From Felis catus (taxonomy: Eukaryota), in contig NC_058368.1 in assembly GCF_018350175.1 (NCBI RefSeq), forward strand, positions 14,696,001 to 14,760,000: 64,000 bases of DNA. The letters are read 5' to 3'. Position numbers and translations under genes: made by a program. The notes beneath the pieces were generated by a model. The model made no database searches, had not been told where the DNA came from, and worked only from the letters and a program-made list of their open reading frames with translations. Positions 13,641 to 26,984 of the stretch are shown here, piece after piece. Within the stretch, counting starts at the first letter, position 1. Every line of letters begins with the position of its first letter.

Positions 13641-16119
13641 ACACACGCATGGTTCTTTGGTAGTTACAGAGGTGAGTAAAACTTGGTCCCTGTCCCCAAG
13701 GACAGGAGTCTACAGTTTGTTATAGCGAGGACACTAGACACAGGGATTGCTGGTGAAACTATCAGCCATTTGCTTGTTTCTGAAATTACATTCTTGACCT
13801 TGCACAGAATCATGGAGCCCTTGAATGTCACAGCAAAGGCAGCAGCAGCAGCAGCTGGACAGATTTTGTTTGCTTCCTCGTATACAGGAACCGAATTTGT
13901 AAGGTCTCTTCCTGTTAGGTTTGACCTAAGGTGAGAAACTGAACTACTAAGAGAGAAATTTCCAAATTTTACAAACTTGAACTAAGTCTAATTTTTAATA
14001 TTCGTGCTAAAAAACAATGGTTTGGAGAAAGCTATCCTGTTTAGACTTTGTGACTGTCAACCCAAGGCCAGCCTGCTCCCCACCCCCCCCCCACTCTCCC
14101 CAAGGCAGCAGAATGCTTAGTGATTGGGTGTCTTGGACTAATGTGCTTTTTGTTGTGGCTCTTACGGGGGATTTGCTAGGTTTTCAGGGTACTAAAAAAG
14201 ATTACGTGGAAAAGGAAAAACAGCTTCCCAGGCATTCCCACCATAGCATTTGATGAATTTCATGGCTGTCCTTTGATCATGGGTCATGTTCTCAAGCAGA
14301 GGGACTGGGGTCTCATCTCTCTCTATAGACCCAGATGTGTCCACTGTAGGCCTGAGTTAGCAGGGGCTCCAAACATGTTGGGTGAGGTGCAGAGATTCCA
14401 GAGTGTGGTGGCATTTAGGACCTCCCAACAAAGAGGGGTTCATAAACAGCCCCCTTTGTTTACCTCATAATCATAATAAAGCCCATCTCAGCCTCCTCCT
14501 AATGGGGTAATTGTGGAGAGCCCAGTCTCACATCTCTGGAGTAGAGTTTTATTTTGAATTTGAGCGCGAGCCCCAATGGCTATTGGGTGCCAAGCATCCT
14601 TGGGAAGAAAAGAAGGAAGCACACTGCCAGCTAGCTGAAAAATAGCTAAGCTTCTCCATTCTGACTCATCCTCCAAATTGCACTTCAGAAGGAAATACCT
14701 TCAAACTACAGTTATAAGGTTTTGAAGGTTCTTGAGAATTCTGAAGACTTTCTAGGTAGATGCAACCCATTATTTGTGACACTGAAGCCTCAGCACGTTC
14801 AGATGGGTTCGAGCCCACCTACACTCACTGCTGAAGCCAATGGTTTCATTGTATACTTCCTCAGGTTTATAGGGGAAGTAGGGAGAGAGGGAATCATGAG
14901 CAGCTCGAATCTTAATACAATTCTGATGCCTATATTGCTGAAAATGCAAGCAGTGCAGGTAGACAGGAGGGCCAAAACCTATCTGAGACACTGTCACTGG
15001 TCATAACTGCACCACATGTACCCTTGGCTTGTATGGTGATTAGTGCATGAAGAGCCAGGAAAGCCAAAGATGAAGGCCACCTCATTGAGAGCCCACTACT
15101 CATGCTCTGACTTCTCTATAGTGCTTTTCAGCTTTCTGAGTTTTCTTTGGGGCCTCAAGTGCTCTATGAAACAGCTTCAGAATAGAACACGTCTCAGTTC
15201 ACCAACTTCCTTTAGCACGTCCTAGGGGCTCCCGAGGCCACTGGAGAAACTGTTGCTGGGGAGGAGAAAGAAATCTAGGCGGGCCTGGCAGTTACTACCA
15301 AAGGATATGCTGGCTCGCGACCATGGAACAAAAAGCCTACAGAACACTGTTATTGTATCCATTGTTATAGGAAAACCTTCCCTGTGACAGCATATTATTA
15401 ACAGAGGAGGGACATATTTGCTCTTGTTAGTACTCATGCATCCTTCAGAATATGGCAGAATGTACCCGCAAGCAATGTGTGCCATTCACAACGTTCTTAG
15501 CTTGCTTTTATTTTCTTGGACCTCTGGAAAATATTAAAAGAATGTTTCGTGATGCCTCCAGGGAGAGAGGGCACATGCCATATGTCCTCATTCAGCAGGA
15601 GCAGAATATTAACACTTTTTGGAGCGATCTGGTGTTTAGACTCTGAAGGTTCGTACGAAGAGACCCAAGATGTGAACTCATGCAAAATGAACACAAGCCA
15701 AACTAGAGAGAAAGAAATTAATTCTGGATGGAACCCTGATAAATTCCTACTGTGGGAAGACCAGTAATGTTGGACTAAGACGCCATCATGCTCCCTGTGC
15801 TAGCTAGAAGACACAGCACATGGCTGCCACACCAGACTCAACAGATGATGAACTCTGGCAGATACCCCACATACGAAGGGCAATCTGCTAAAAATGGGAA
15901 TTTCTGCTACGGTGGAAAAAACGTTAAAAAATAGTTGAATCGACTATCAGTAAAGGTATAAATGAAATATAAACGTATTTAAACACACCCACACTTCCAT
16001 CCATTGCCTTAAGAATGGCTTCCTTGATTTAATTTTGGACTTCTTTCTACAGGAACAGATAGGGCATGTGTGACTTGAGATCAGATAAGCTGCATTCTCA
16101 TGATGGACTCTTGGAGGCA

Positions 16120-16330
16120 GCAGAGCGGTCAAAGTGTGGGTTCTGGAGCTGGGCTCGGACCCATGCCTTACTAAGTACTTCCTCGTTGAGCGATTTTGGG
16201 CATTTCACTTCTCTAGGTGTTCTTTGTATGCTATAAACGGAGACAATACCGATATTATGGGATTATCATGGCAATTACATGAAATACGATAAGGGCTTTG
16301 TACATAGTGTGTGCTCAGCAAACAGTGGTT
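16120..16330 (+). mobile_element. Degenerate MIR
   Basis: ttgggcatttcacttctct...ctataaacggagacaata...acatagtgtgtgctca. Confidence 0.6.
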
Positions 16331-17790
16331 GTTCCTGTTTGTGAAGGTGTGAAGCCTAGGAAAGCAATGGAGAATTTTCTATATTTGGTGGTGATGCAAT
16401 AAATGGTCACACTGCGTGGTGGCAGTGGGGTGATGAGGGGAAGACAGGGGAAAAGTTGGCCTAGCAGTAACTACCACGGGGTTTTCCATACTGCCGATTC
16501 CTCACGCCCCTCTTACAAACAGTGGCTGCTACAGCAGTTTGCTAGCACTGGGAATACCCTAGCCCACCTGGTATGCTGGGGTGGAGCAAAGTTTGAGATT
16601 TGGTGCCCAAGGGTATCTTGACGAGGGCTCTGTCACCTTAGTCAGGGAAGCGTCTCCCTAACAGCCGCAAAGGAAGCAAAGTTTCCTTTGCAAAAGCTGG
16701 GGAGCAAATCGGTGGGCGCCGGCCAAACTAAGGACCCCTGTGGTGTCCGAGGCCCTGTGCAGACCTCCAGCTCTAAAGTAGCATGAAACTGTGCTTCTAA
16801 ATCAGAGCCCCTGGAGAAGAACAAGCTGGGGATCTTGCCAGGCTAAAGCTCCTAGTCCGAGGCATCCTCCCTGAGTGGTAGGGCAGAGGGAAGGAGTGTT
16901 ATCTCACACAGCGCTGACCCGCAGAGGCCCAGCCTCACTCAGGGCAGAGAAAAGTGGCAAAGGAAGCGCACACACCCCGGGCCGGTCCCCAGGAAGCCAG
17001 TGGGGTACACCCACCCCCCTCAAGGAACGAGGCAGGTTCCCCCTGACTTTTCAAAACTCTGCTCACCAGCTCTGAGAAGATGCTTCTGGCTTACCAGGCC
17101 CCTGTAAAGCAAGAATCTGCTCAAGAAAGGAATTCCAATTCGAACACCCGGCTTAGAGTTTGAGGCCACTTTAGTCTGGGTCGTGACTTTATTAGTTGTC
17201 ACTTCATCTAGGAGCCACTAGCCTCTGTCCTTGATTAGGTACCAAAGTCTCAGGCATAAACCTTTTACTCCAAACCCCTCGCCTTTGGCCCACAAGAGTA
17301 CCGATGTCTTTCATTTTAAGATATTTTAATGCACTAAACACTATTTTTGTTGGCATCAGTACAGATGAGTTTTAAAGCAAGGTTATTATATTTAATTTGA
17401 TGATATATCATGTTAGAATTCACTGTATACAAAAACGTTCTGACCTCTACAAAATGGCTCCAGAAAGTGCAGAAAAAACTGCTCAATATGTTGTTTTTTT
17501 TTTTTTACCAAAATAAAAGGACTCACCTGAAAGATCTGGCAAAGTTTTGCTGAGTACATTAAAAAGGAAAAATCAAAGTCCTTAATTTATAGATTGTCCC
17601 AGAAATCACTACATTTTTCAAATCTGTTGTTAGATGGACTTTTCTTTCTTTAAATTTTTTTTTGTTACATCTGGAGTTGAGACATTAACCTGTTCCATAT
17701 GTGCCACAGACTGCAAATAAAGACACAATCTTGGAAAACATAATGCCAAATGTCTCCTTTAAAGTTCGATGCAAATGAGATCCTTCTCAC

Positions 17791-17899
17791 CTTTCTACAC
17801 ATTCCTTGACAACAGCAAAATTTCCATCCCCTATTGTTCTTCCGACTTTATATCGTTCTGTTATTGTGGCTGGAATCTGGAAGCCTTCCTCCAACACTT
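17791..17899 (-). CDS. DCLK1: DCLK1 exon, 109 nt, start of kinase domain with Gly-rich loop, (E)[35 protein letters not shown]
   Basis: Acceptor ctttcag, donor AG|gtgaga; IGDGNFAVV loop. Confidence 0.97.
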
Positions 17900-20581
17900 C
17901 TGAAAGAATCATTAGTACATTTTTATCGGTAGAAAAGGGAACACAGATGTTGCACCAGAGAGACATTTAGAAGTATCATCGGATAGACTGGAACTGATTC
18001 AGAATCAATATGTCACTTTCCGTACAGTGAGGCAAGCCCCGCTGCTGACACTCCATACTCAACAGTGTTTTACTAAGACGAATGATAAACTAAAAGGAAA
18101 CGTAGAACGTATGGGGTCCATTCCCACCGATGGAAGAGGGACAGTGGGGATTCTGAGGAGGAAGTTTGGCTCTGTGGGTTTCATGCCAATGTGATCAATA
18201 GTGTTTACGGAACACCCCCTGTCTACAGAGAAATGACATTCCTAGGGATGGCTCAGTAGGAAAATGGAGTTTATAGGGGGCGCCGGGCTGCTTGACAGGG
18301 TAGAAGCATGAGGCATGCCTGCTGTTTGGACACTTAGCTTTACTACATCCTGAAGTGGAGATCTCCGTAAAATTCCTTATGAACTAAGCCCGGAGTGTCA
18401 GCCCTCCCCAGTATCAATGACCAGATTTTAGACAAATGTTCTCACCAGCAACCTGCATAGCAGATGTTGAGTTAAAATTGCAATATTTATTATGTCTGTG
18501 AACAGAACAGTTTTGTAGTTTCAATTATGTTAGTGCCACTAACACAACACATTTTCCCCCTTAAAATGCATTTTGAAACATTTTACAAATGCCTAATAAT
18601 GCTTTAAATATCTGAGGCCATAAAACTAAATAAGCCACACTTAGGTCACATAAATATATTGGATAACCTTTACCATCTTAGGGGTGTAAAAAGCCTTTTA
18701 TTGCTGGGCTCTAAAATTTACATGCTTTAAAGGTATAAATCCTAGCTCTCCCTCAGGCAAACCGAATACAAAATGTGATGGAAGGCCTAGTGTGTTTTCT
18801 AAATGTGCTCCTATTCTGACCTTTAATCATAAACTGAGACTAAACATTTCTTGTCTCAATAAAATTAAAACCTCAGGCGGTGCCTCGACTTTCTGGGTGA
18901 TTTTTGTATTCTCCATTAGTCTTCATCATTGGGGGACAACAAATGGAAACTCACAATTATCACACATGTGCGTTAGGACCCTTATTCTGGTTCTGTGATC
19001 ATGCTCCATTTGTACCACTCTGGATTCTAGGGTGGATGGAATTTCTGGAAAGGGTTCTACAAAGTAGGACATTTGCTGCTGCTATTTTTACCCCTAGCAT
19101 TTATTTGTGCAGCCTCTTTACCTCTTTATAGGTGACATTTTAGTCTTTGCCCACCGGAAGCTATCACAGTGGTCTCCAGAATAAAGTGAGAGCTGAAGCC
19201 AATTAACACCCCTTCCCTAATCCCCACCATCTCACACCCAAAGAAGCCAATAATTTTGCCTCTGTTTGAAAGATTTAGCCTGGGGATTTTTGTCTACTCC
19301 ATGGGAATTAGAGGAGATGGCTGGAGAAGTTTCAAATCCACTGCAAAGCACCCGAATTTATAAAACATCTCTCAGATGACACGGTCTTAAGGCTCTTTAC
19401 TACATGGATAATAAAAATAGCCATGCTTGGCTGTCAGAAGCAAGTCTGACTCCAGATGGGAAACGGAAGGAGGCACTTCATCCGTCCTTCCAGTGGATGC
19501 ATCACTGAGGCACCCATCTGGAGCACACGGCTTGGGGTTTTTTTTTTTTTTCCTATTGATAAAAATGTATCTTTTAGGCTTTGGGCTAAGAAGTCTTTGC
19601 TGAAGTCTTAGCCAAGGACCAGTTCATTTCATTAGGTAGATACAACACAGTAAAACAAAAGGCGCTTCGAGATGGTTGAATTTCATAGTTCTGGAAATGC
19701 AAAAAAAAAAAAAAAAAAATCTGATACCGCATGGTAGTCAGGAAAGAATTCATGTGCAAATCACTTATCTCATTTGACATAATCAAAGTGCTTCCCCCCA
19801 AAGGTACTTTTTCTGGAAAACTAAATAATATCATTTCAAACAAATTCTTTAACAGTGACTTGATCATATCAGTTTTATACTTTTCTAAATACTTTCTCAT
19901 AATTGATTTGAGCCTGATAATGACCCCCAGCGAGGAAAGAGGCATATAGTACAGTCTTACACAATTTTATAGAAGGGGAACCAAGGTGAAAAAAAGCTGA
20001 AGAGGCTTATCCAAAACAATTCAACGAGTCAGTGAAAAAGTCAATTCTGGAATCCAGGTCATTTGACCACATCAAAGAGAAGTTCTAAAATGTACTAGCT
20101 TAAGGTACAAAGAATATTTTTTGCAATTGCTATCAAGTAATTCTTTTTGTAAGGTCATGTTTTCACACATTGAGTTCACTTAAGTACATCTGTGGGGCCA
20201 AACCAGTCAATCAAGAGAGTAAGTATACTTTAACATACTGCAAGTGATCAGAATTTGGGAAAACAAAGGCAGCCATTACTTCCTTTTATTTTCAAAGTAG
20301 GCAATAGCTGGCCTTCTTAGAATACTTATACCCTCAGAGGATGTGAAATATCTCCAAATCGGGCTAATTCCCTTTTCCTGTTCCCATAGAGTAGATATGA
20401 TCCCTGGGAGAAACTATATGCAATCCTATCCCCTTCCTCTGGCCCCCAGGAGCTGTGTTAAGCTTCTATTTCATAATGCTCCCAAAGTTACGGTTTTCTG
20501 AAGTAAACTTAGCCAACCCATCCTCTGCCCCCTGTACAAGGGAAGCCTTCTCCTCAGATACCAAGTTCCCAAGCTCACCAC

Positions 20582-20666
20582 CTTCTCCAGGTCCATCATT
20601 CTCGTCCATTGAGCTGCAGACTTTGGTGGATGCAAGGGAAGTAGAGGAACCTCCATGTTGAGAGCT
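20582..20666 (-). CDS. DCLK1: DCLK1 exon, 85 nt, [28 protein letters not shown]
   Basis: Acceptor ttttgcag, donor AAG|gtggtg; matches DCLK1. Confidence 0.95.
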
Positions 20667-21695
20667 CTGCAAAAGGGAACAGACACAGAGAATGAAAACA
20701 CTGGGTCAGGGTGCCAGTCTCCAGATGCTATGCCCAGCCCAGAATCTCGGGAAGTAACTGCACCCGTCACCAGGGAGGATTTGCTCTGAACACTCGAAAA
20801 GGGAGGTTTTTATTCAATTGGATTGCTTCTCTTTCCCACCCTATTAACCAGTAATGGATGGTTTAACTGTGTCAGGATAATCACTCTAAATTTGGATGTT
20901 CCTTGACTTTCTATTCCTTTTTCTCAAAATCAGCATCCCACAGCTCACTGTTTAGGTTTGTCAGATTTTAAGCATCTCACCTCACTTTTCCACAGTCTAT
21001 CTGCAAACAGGCCTCAAATATGGTGCCACTCTGATCTCATCCAATGAGTTTTCTATTCTCACCATAGGAAAAAAAAATCCTCTTCAGTTTATTTTATGGA
21101 ATTTTCCAAAAAAAAAAAAAAATATTGAGGCTTACCACATTGTTGGAGAAAGGTTATAGAGTGGGTTTGTTAATTCCACTTTGCAATAAAGACACAAGTA
21201 CTAAGCTGGTTATCGATATGTTAACTGTTACAAAATAAGTCTGAGGCAAAGACAGGAATAAAAGCCTAAGCCTGGTGATTCCCTTGTATTTTTGGTGTAT
21301 TTTGACCCAAGACCAATGAGAGCAGACAGGGTAACAGCTCTATTACAAAGCTCAGAGGGTGAAACAATACCAAATATTTAGTACTATGATTAGCTACAGG
21401 GCAGTACTTTAACAATGAACCTTCCCATCTCTGCATCTATTCCTTGAGAAAACAATCTGCACATTTCAATGCTATTTCTAAACAGTGAACACAGCTTGTC
21501 CTAAAAGATCTTCCTTCTGTTTCCCTGGGTTTATCCACTTGGTTGGCCTGATGGGAGCAGGAGGCGGTGAGGGGGCGGCATTGGCTCATGGTGCCGGCTG
21601 TCTGTGGAGCAGAGAGAAGGGAAAGAGCATCTGTAGTTGAATTAATAATGAAGAGGTGGCGAGAAGCAAAGTTGACCTATTTTTCTTCTGCTTAC

Positions 21696-21731
21696 CTGTT
21701 TCCCTTCAACCTCCTCCCCATTGCGTCCAGC
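21696..21731 (-). CDS. DCLK1: Candidate 36-nt in-frame cassette exon (AGRNGEEVEGKQ)
   Basis: Polypyrimidine tract + ttaag acceptor, CAG|gtaagc donor, phase 0-0 within a phase 0 intron, no stop. No transcript evidence available. Confidence 0.5.
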
Positions 21732-22836
21732 CTTAACAGGACACAAAGTAGGAGGGAGGAGAAAGTTTTATGTAATTCCTTTACCCCCAACAGTACCTTC
21801 ACGTAAAAGCAAAGATTATAGTTTTCACCAAAAAGACTAATATCAGTCGGGAAATGTTACTTAAATCACTGCAGGGCCATTTGAGTCCACTGCCTGTTCT
21901 CCCAGGTTTGGCTAAGATAAATATGCTCCATTGGACAAGTTCATCAAAGCTGACAGCTGACATTGGGGTAAAAGTTAAATTCGCGGAAAGGATACATCTG
22001 CTTCTGTATAGGGCTTCCTAGAAGTTTTGTGGTTACTCCAGAATACCCCCGAAGGCCACATAGTTTGTGTGGTGTGCCCTTTATTTTCCTATATCATGAG
22101 AATTCCCCCATCAATCAATCAGTCTGGTGACTTGAGCGGGGTCTTTTCCATCTCATCTAGCCTCCCTTTGTGACCAGCAGAACACATTTATCCTATATCA
22201 GGCTAGCAAGAGGGATTCAAATCATGACATCGAAACAGTTTTCTCTTGAGATGATACTATGTAGTCATAATCAACTCTGTCGAAGGTACTGCAAATGTAT
22301 GAGCTTCTAAGTCACGCTCTGCTGACTTTTACTGAAGTCTGTGTGTGAAAACCTTGTATTTGTAATATTGGAATACAAGGCTTAAACAAGGCAGATTTAC
22401 GATGTCGATGTCTGGAGAAAATAAACATTAACATTACCACATTTGAGAGGAAGGTGTGTGTTTTCCACAAAGTGAGGTCTTTTATCCCTTGTGTCATTAC
22501 TTTTGCTGTAGACATAATGTTGTTCCAAGCAGAAAAGCAGTAAGTAAATGTCTAAAATGTAGACCTTCTCTTCTGGGCTTTCTGATCCTTGAATTTCTTC
22601 CAGCAGCATCACAAGTGGTGTTTAATAATGTAGACATATTGCGGTTTGGGGTGGCAGGTGCTGTCTTGTCATATGGTGTTTTAAATTTTAGAATACAAAG
22701 ACACATTCTTTCATCAAGCACTCGAATTAATAGACTAGTAGCATGTTTCCTAGCAAAGATGTCCACAGTTATGCACTCAATTCCAAAAGCTTGTTCTTTT
22801 AATAATATCAGATACTCAAAACAGAACCCTGACCCA

Positions 22837-23040
22837 GGGGCACCTGGATGGCTCAGTCGGTTAAGCGTCCGACTTCGGCTCAGATCTCGAGGTCCATGAG
22901 TTCCAGCCCCATGTCAGGATCTGTGCTGGCAGCTTAGAGCCTGGAACCTGCTTCGGATTCTGTTTCCCTCCTTTCTCTGCCCCTCCCCTCCTCACACTCT
23001 GTCTCAAAAATAATAAATCAACATTAAAAAAAACAAAAAA
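22837..23040 (+). mobile_element. SINEC_Fc-type SINE
   Basis: SINE body; TSD agaac(c/t)ctgaccca. Confidence 0.92.
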
Positions 23041-23559
23041 GAACTCTGACCCAAAGTATATGAAAACATCTTTTAAACTGTAATGTGCTATAAACTTGCT
23101 GGATATTATTCACTTAACTGCCTTATCAACTAACTAATTGCATTTTTAACAGTTCAGCCAAACGTCTGATGCCCTGAATGCTTGCCACAACGCCAGCTGT
23201 GTTTTCTCTGCCTTATGGACAAAAACCCCTCAAGGATTTTAGGCTCTGGTTTGGAAAAAAAAAAAAAAGGTAGAGTTAACACGAGTTTGCTTACGCTTAG
23301 AATTGCTTATTTTCAACTTCAGGTTTGAAAATGTACCCAAGGTAATTTCAAATTTCATGCTGAGGGTAACAGCATTTTTTAAGAGAAAAATTTACTTAAT
23401 TACAAATAGAACTCCAAGAGGAATGCTCTCATTTTATTTTATGCTCAGAGTAAAAGATGCAGAGTATTAGATTTTTAATGGGGTTATCACTTCTTTTTCC
23501 CAAAGAAGTAAGATAGTTAACATTATACCCTTCTCTAAGACAATGATTATTCATAGATT

Positions 23560-24350
23560 AAAAGAATTTCAGGGATTGGAGTAAGCCTTAAATATTACCT
23601 ATTCCACCCTACTTCTATTCAAAAACCAAATTCCCACTATAAAAATCCCAGCCATGTGGTAAAATGGCCTCTGTCCAAACACCTCTGCCAGTGAACACAT
23701 TATTTCTTGAGGTAGCCCCTTAATTGTTCATATGAGGCCAAGAAAGTTCTTCCGTATGTTGAAATGATGTCCTTCTACATTTTCCTTTATTGGTCTTAGC
23801 TCTCACCTCTGGAGCTACCCATCACAGGTCTAATCCATTTTTCATATGACAGTGCTTCTGGAAGTTTGAAATAGTTACTGCACCCCTTCAATTTGGATAT
23901 TCCCAGAGTTTTTTTTTTTTTTTATTGTTCATCATGTGACAGAGCTCCATAACCTCTTTACCTTCCTATGGATACACTCCAGTTCTCAATAACTCTTGTT
24001 AATGCTAGTGTTAAAACAAATGTAATATTCTAGGTGTACCTGACCAGCCCAGAGCAGAGGATAGAGCTTTCTTCCTTGTGAACAGAATATTAATGCACGG
24101 TAAGATCACATCGGCTTATTGATAGCACCATAGCTTTTTAGCCTGACACTGAGCTCACAGATATGTCAGATCTCCCTAGTCTGTATTTGAGAGGTTGGTG
24201 TTTTGGATCAAGTGTAAGACTTCCTATCTATTCATGTTAAATGTTATATTTATTACATAGATATGCTTGCAGACTGTTATTTTTTGGATTCTGGTTTTGT
24301 CACCTAATGTTTTTTGTCCTCTCTCCTAGTTGAAGTGATTCAATAATAAA
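23560..24350. mobile_element. Probable ancient CR1/L3 fragment
   Basis: Resembles recalled L3 consensus (aaagttcttcc...ctctggagc...ggatacactccagtt...aatattctaggtgt..tgaccag). Confidence 0.55.
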
Positions 24351-26984
24351 CATGGCTCTTTGTGTATGCTAGTTACTAATCCTAAATATATTAATTTAGA
24401 CAGTGTTGGAACATTTTGATTACTGCCCATAAGTCTGATTGAAGGATTTTGAAAATAGTAAAGGGAAAATGTGTAAAATTTTGCTCTTTAGAATTAACCC
24501 AATGAAATTAACCAGCTTTATTTGTGACCGACAGAAGCCGAAAAGCCCACTTATATTTTTGCATGCTTACAAGTGAAATCAGTTTAGTTATTTGGCTTTT
24601 CTGGACAGATAAACCATTTTATAGTATACATAATGATAAGATTTTATGTTTGCTTTAGTTTGCTAGTTCTAAGACATCTGGGTGCATAGTACAGAACATA
24701 CAGTTATTTCAGAATTTAATGCAATTAGCTGCTCTAAGAGACATTGTGACATTTGAAATGTTATCACCTCCAAGCTGATTTAATGGAAACCAGGTGGGCA
24801 GGTTGCTGGCACCTGGATGCTTTTATGGCACACCTTCATAAAAGGACTGCCCTAAGTAAGAACACATCCGAAGTGTAGCTTTTCAGCTTGGGATCATATA
24901 ACAGATGGGGAACATATCACACTTTTTGAAGTGAGAAAGCTGACATAACAGCTCTAACCACATTTTACCAAGATGTATCTGATGACTATGTAGTTAAAAA
25001 CATTTCATTTTAAATATAATGGTACTAGTTACCCCTGCCATTTGTATTAATGGTGTCACTCACCTGAGGACTACACTGAATAAAGTTTTCAAAAATATCC
25101 AATTGATGCAACTGATCTATTCAAGGTAGAAAAATCTCACCAGATAACTTTAGCTTTGATTGGATAATTGTATTACTTCCACTCCACATTCTGTCTTGGC
25201 ATACAATTATTACTTTGTTAATATTGATTTGAAAAACTGTAAAAAAAAAGAATTTGAAAATCAAGTGGATCAACTTTATAAAGAAAATGCAACCAATAAA
25301 TAGTTACCAAACTCAAACTACTGTCTTGGTGATCTTGACTTGAAGTCTACAGAATCTGTAAAGATGACCTCCTTTAATAAAAAAAAAAAAAAATTAAATC
25401 ATACTCTTAGTGTAGAAAGCTTAAAACCCAAGGATTCTATATGAGTATAGACAAACCATACATTCATTTGCTCTCCGAGTGCGTATAGAACAAGTTGGCG
25501 ACATCGATCCGTAATAACTAGTAAGGTGTTATTATGTGAAACAAGAGAAAGGAATTCCTTTTTTTCAAATTCCTCTGTCCGCATTCTTCATAACATGTTA
25601 GCCTAAATACAGTTTATGACAAGTAATCGTGTGTGTAACAAGAATCAGTATTGAAAAATGTAAAATGTTATCATAAAGATTCGGTCACAGTTTTTAAAAG
25701 ACTGAAGACCCATTATTCATGAAATTGGTTTACTCAGAGGAACGAAAAATGAAAACGGGAATACTGGGATTAAATCTATGATACTGAAGCCACCCATGTG
25801 AGCCAAACATTCAAAAATAAATGTATTTAGCTGCAATTTTGTTTGATCAGGCAGCTCTCTTGCCTCAAGAGTCAGGCCAAGATGTATCAGTTTAAAATCT
25901 GAACCATTTGTCTTGAGGAGACTGTTGTTTTGGGGGAGGGGGACACAATGTCTCCTCTGAGGAGTTATTCTTCATGAAATCATAGTTTGGAAAGGGGACC
26001 AGAAAGTCAGCTAGTTTATCACCTCTCAATAAAATAATTCCCCCCATGATTTACTCCCCAAATGAGATTCCTAGTCTGTGATGAAGGGAGCTCACTACTC
26101 TTCCAGGCACCTACTATACTTTATTTTAAACTCTGCTATATTAAGAAAGCATAAATACAATTTGGAATTTATAAATTTGTAAACATTTCTTCCAGTTGTA
26201 CCATTATTGCTTTGGGCACTGGTTACATTCAGGTTATCATGGAACAAATAAAGAGAACCAACTAAAGTAAACTACAATTTTAAGGCTAAAAAGAACCTAC
26301 TAAAAATGTTAGATTTAAAACTAGAATTTTGGACTTCCGTAATAATTTTACTGTAAAATATTTTTCTAACTAAGCCAGTAGAGTTTTCTATTCTCCCTTA
26401 CCCCACATTATGCATTAAATAAAGTATGGATTTTTATTCTAGACTGATGCTGGGTAAGCAAGCATTTTATTATCATCACTATTTATTTTATCATATATTT
26501 ACTTATTTTATATATTTATTTATTCAGTGATTTAAAAAAACTTGTTTACACACCCATGTACATATATCTACATGATCATTTCCCCCACCCTACAATTCGA
26601 TGACCTTGCAAAAAATGCATTCAAACCCAGGAGACAGTATGTCTTAAAAAATGCAAGCCAATTCTTTTTTCAATCAGTCGGCCATTGGTCTGACAAATTC
26701 ACCCTTAAGACAACCCTGAGAGAAAAGTATATTAATGATTTTAATATAACCATCTGAACCCGAATTCTTCATCACATAGTCTTCTCATTTTGTTGTTTGT
26801 TATTGCCAATATTTTATACTTTAGATGTCATGGGATGCCATTCTGCAGTATCTCAAGTATCACTTTGCTGGTGCTAATTACATCACAAGAATGCCATACA
26901 CACAATTACAAAGGTAAAGATTACCCCTCAAAGTCATTTCCATTTCAGTGTCTACTTACAAGTTTTCCGAAAGAAACTCACTGA

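Noticed and set aside
18270..18285. tagggggcgcc partial CTCF motif
   Set aside because: The 5' half of the motif is missing and there is no supporting context.
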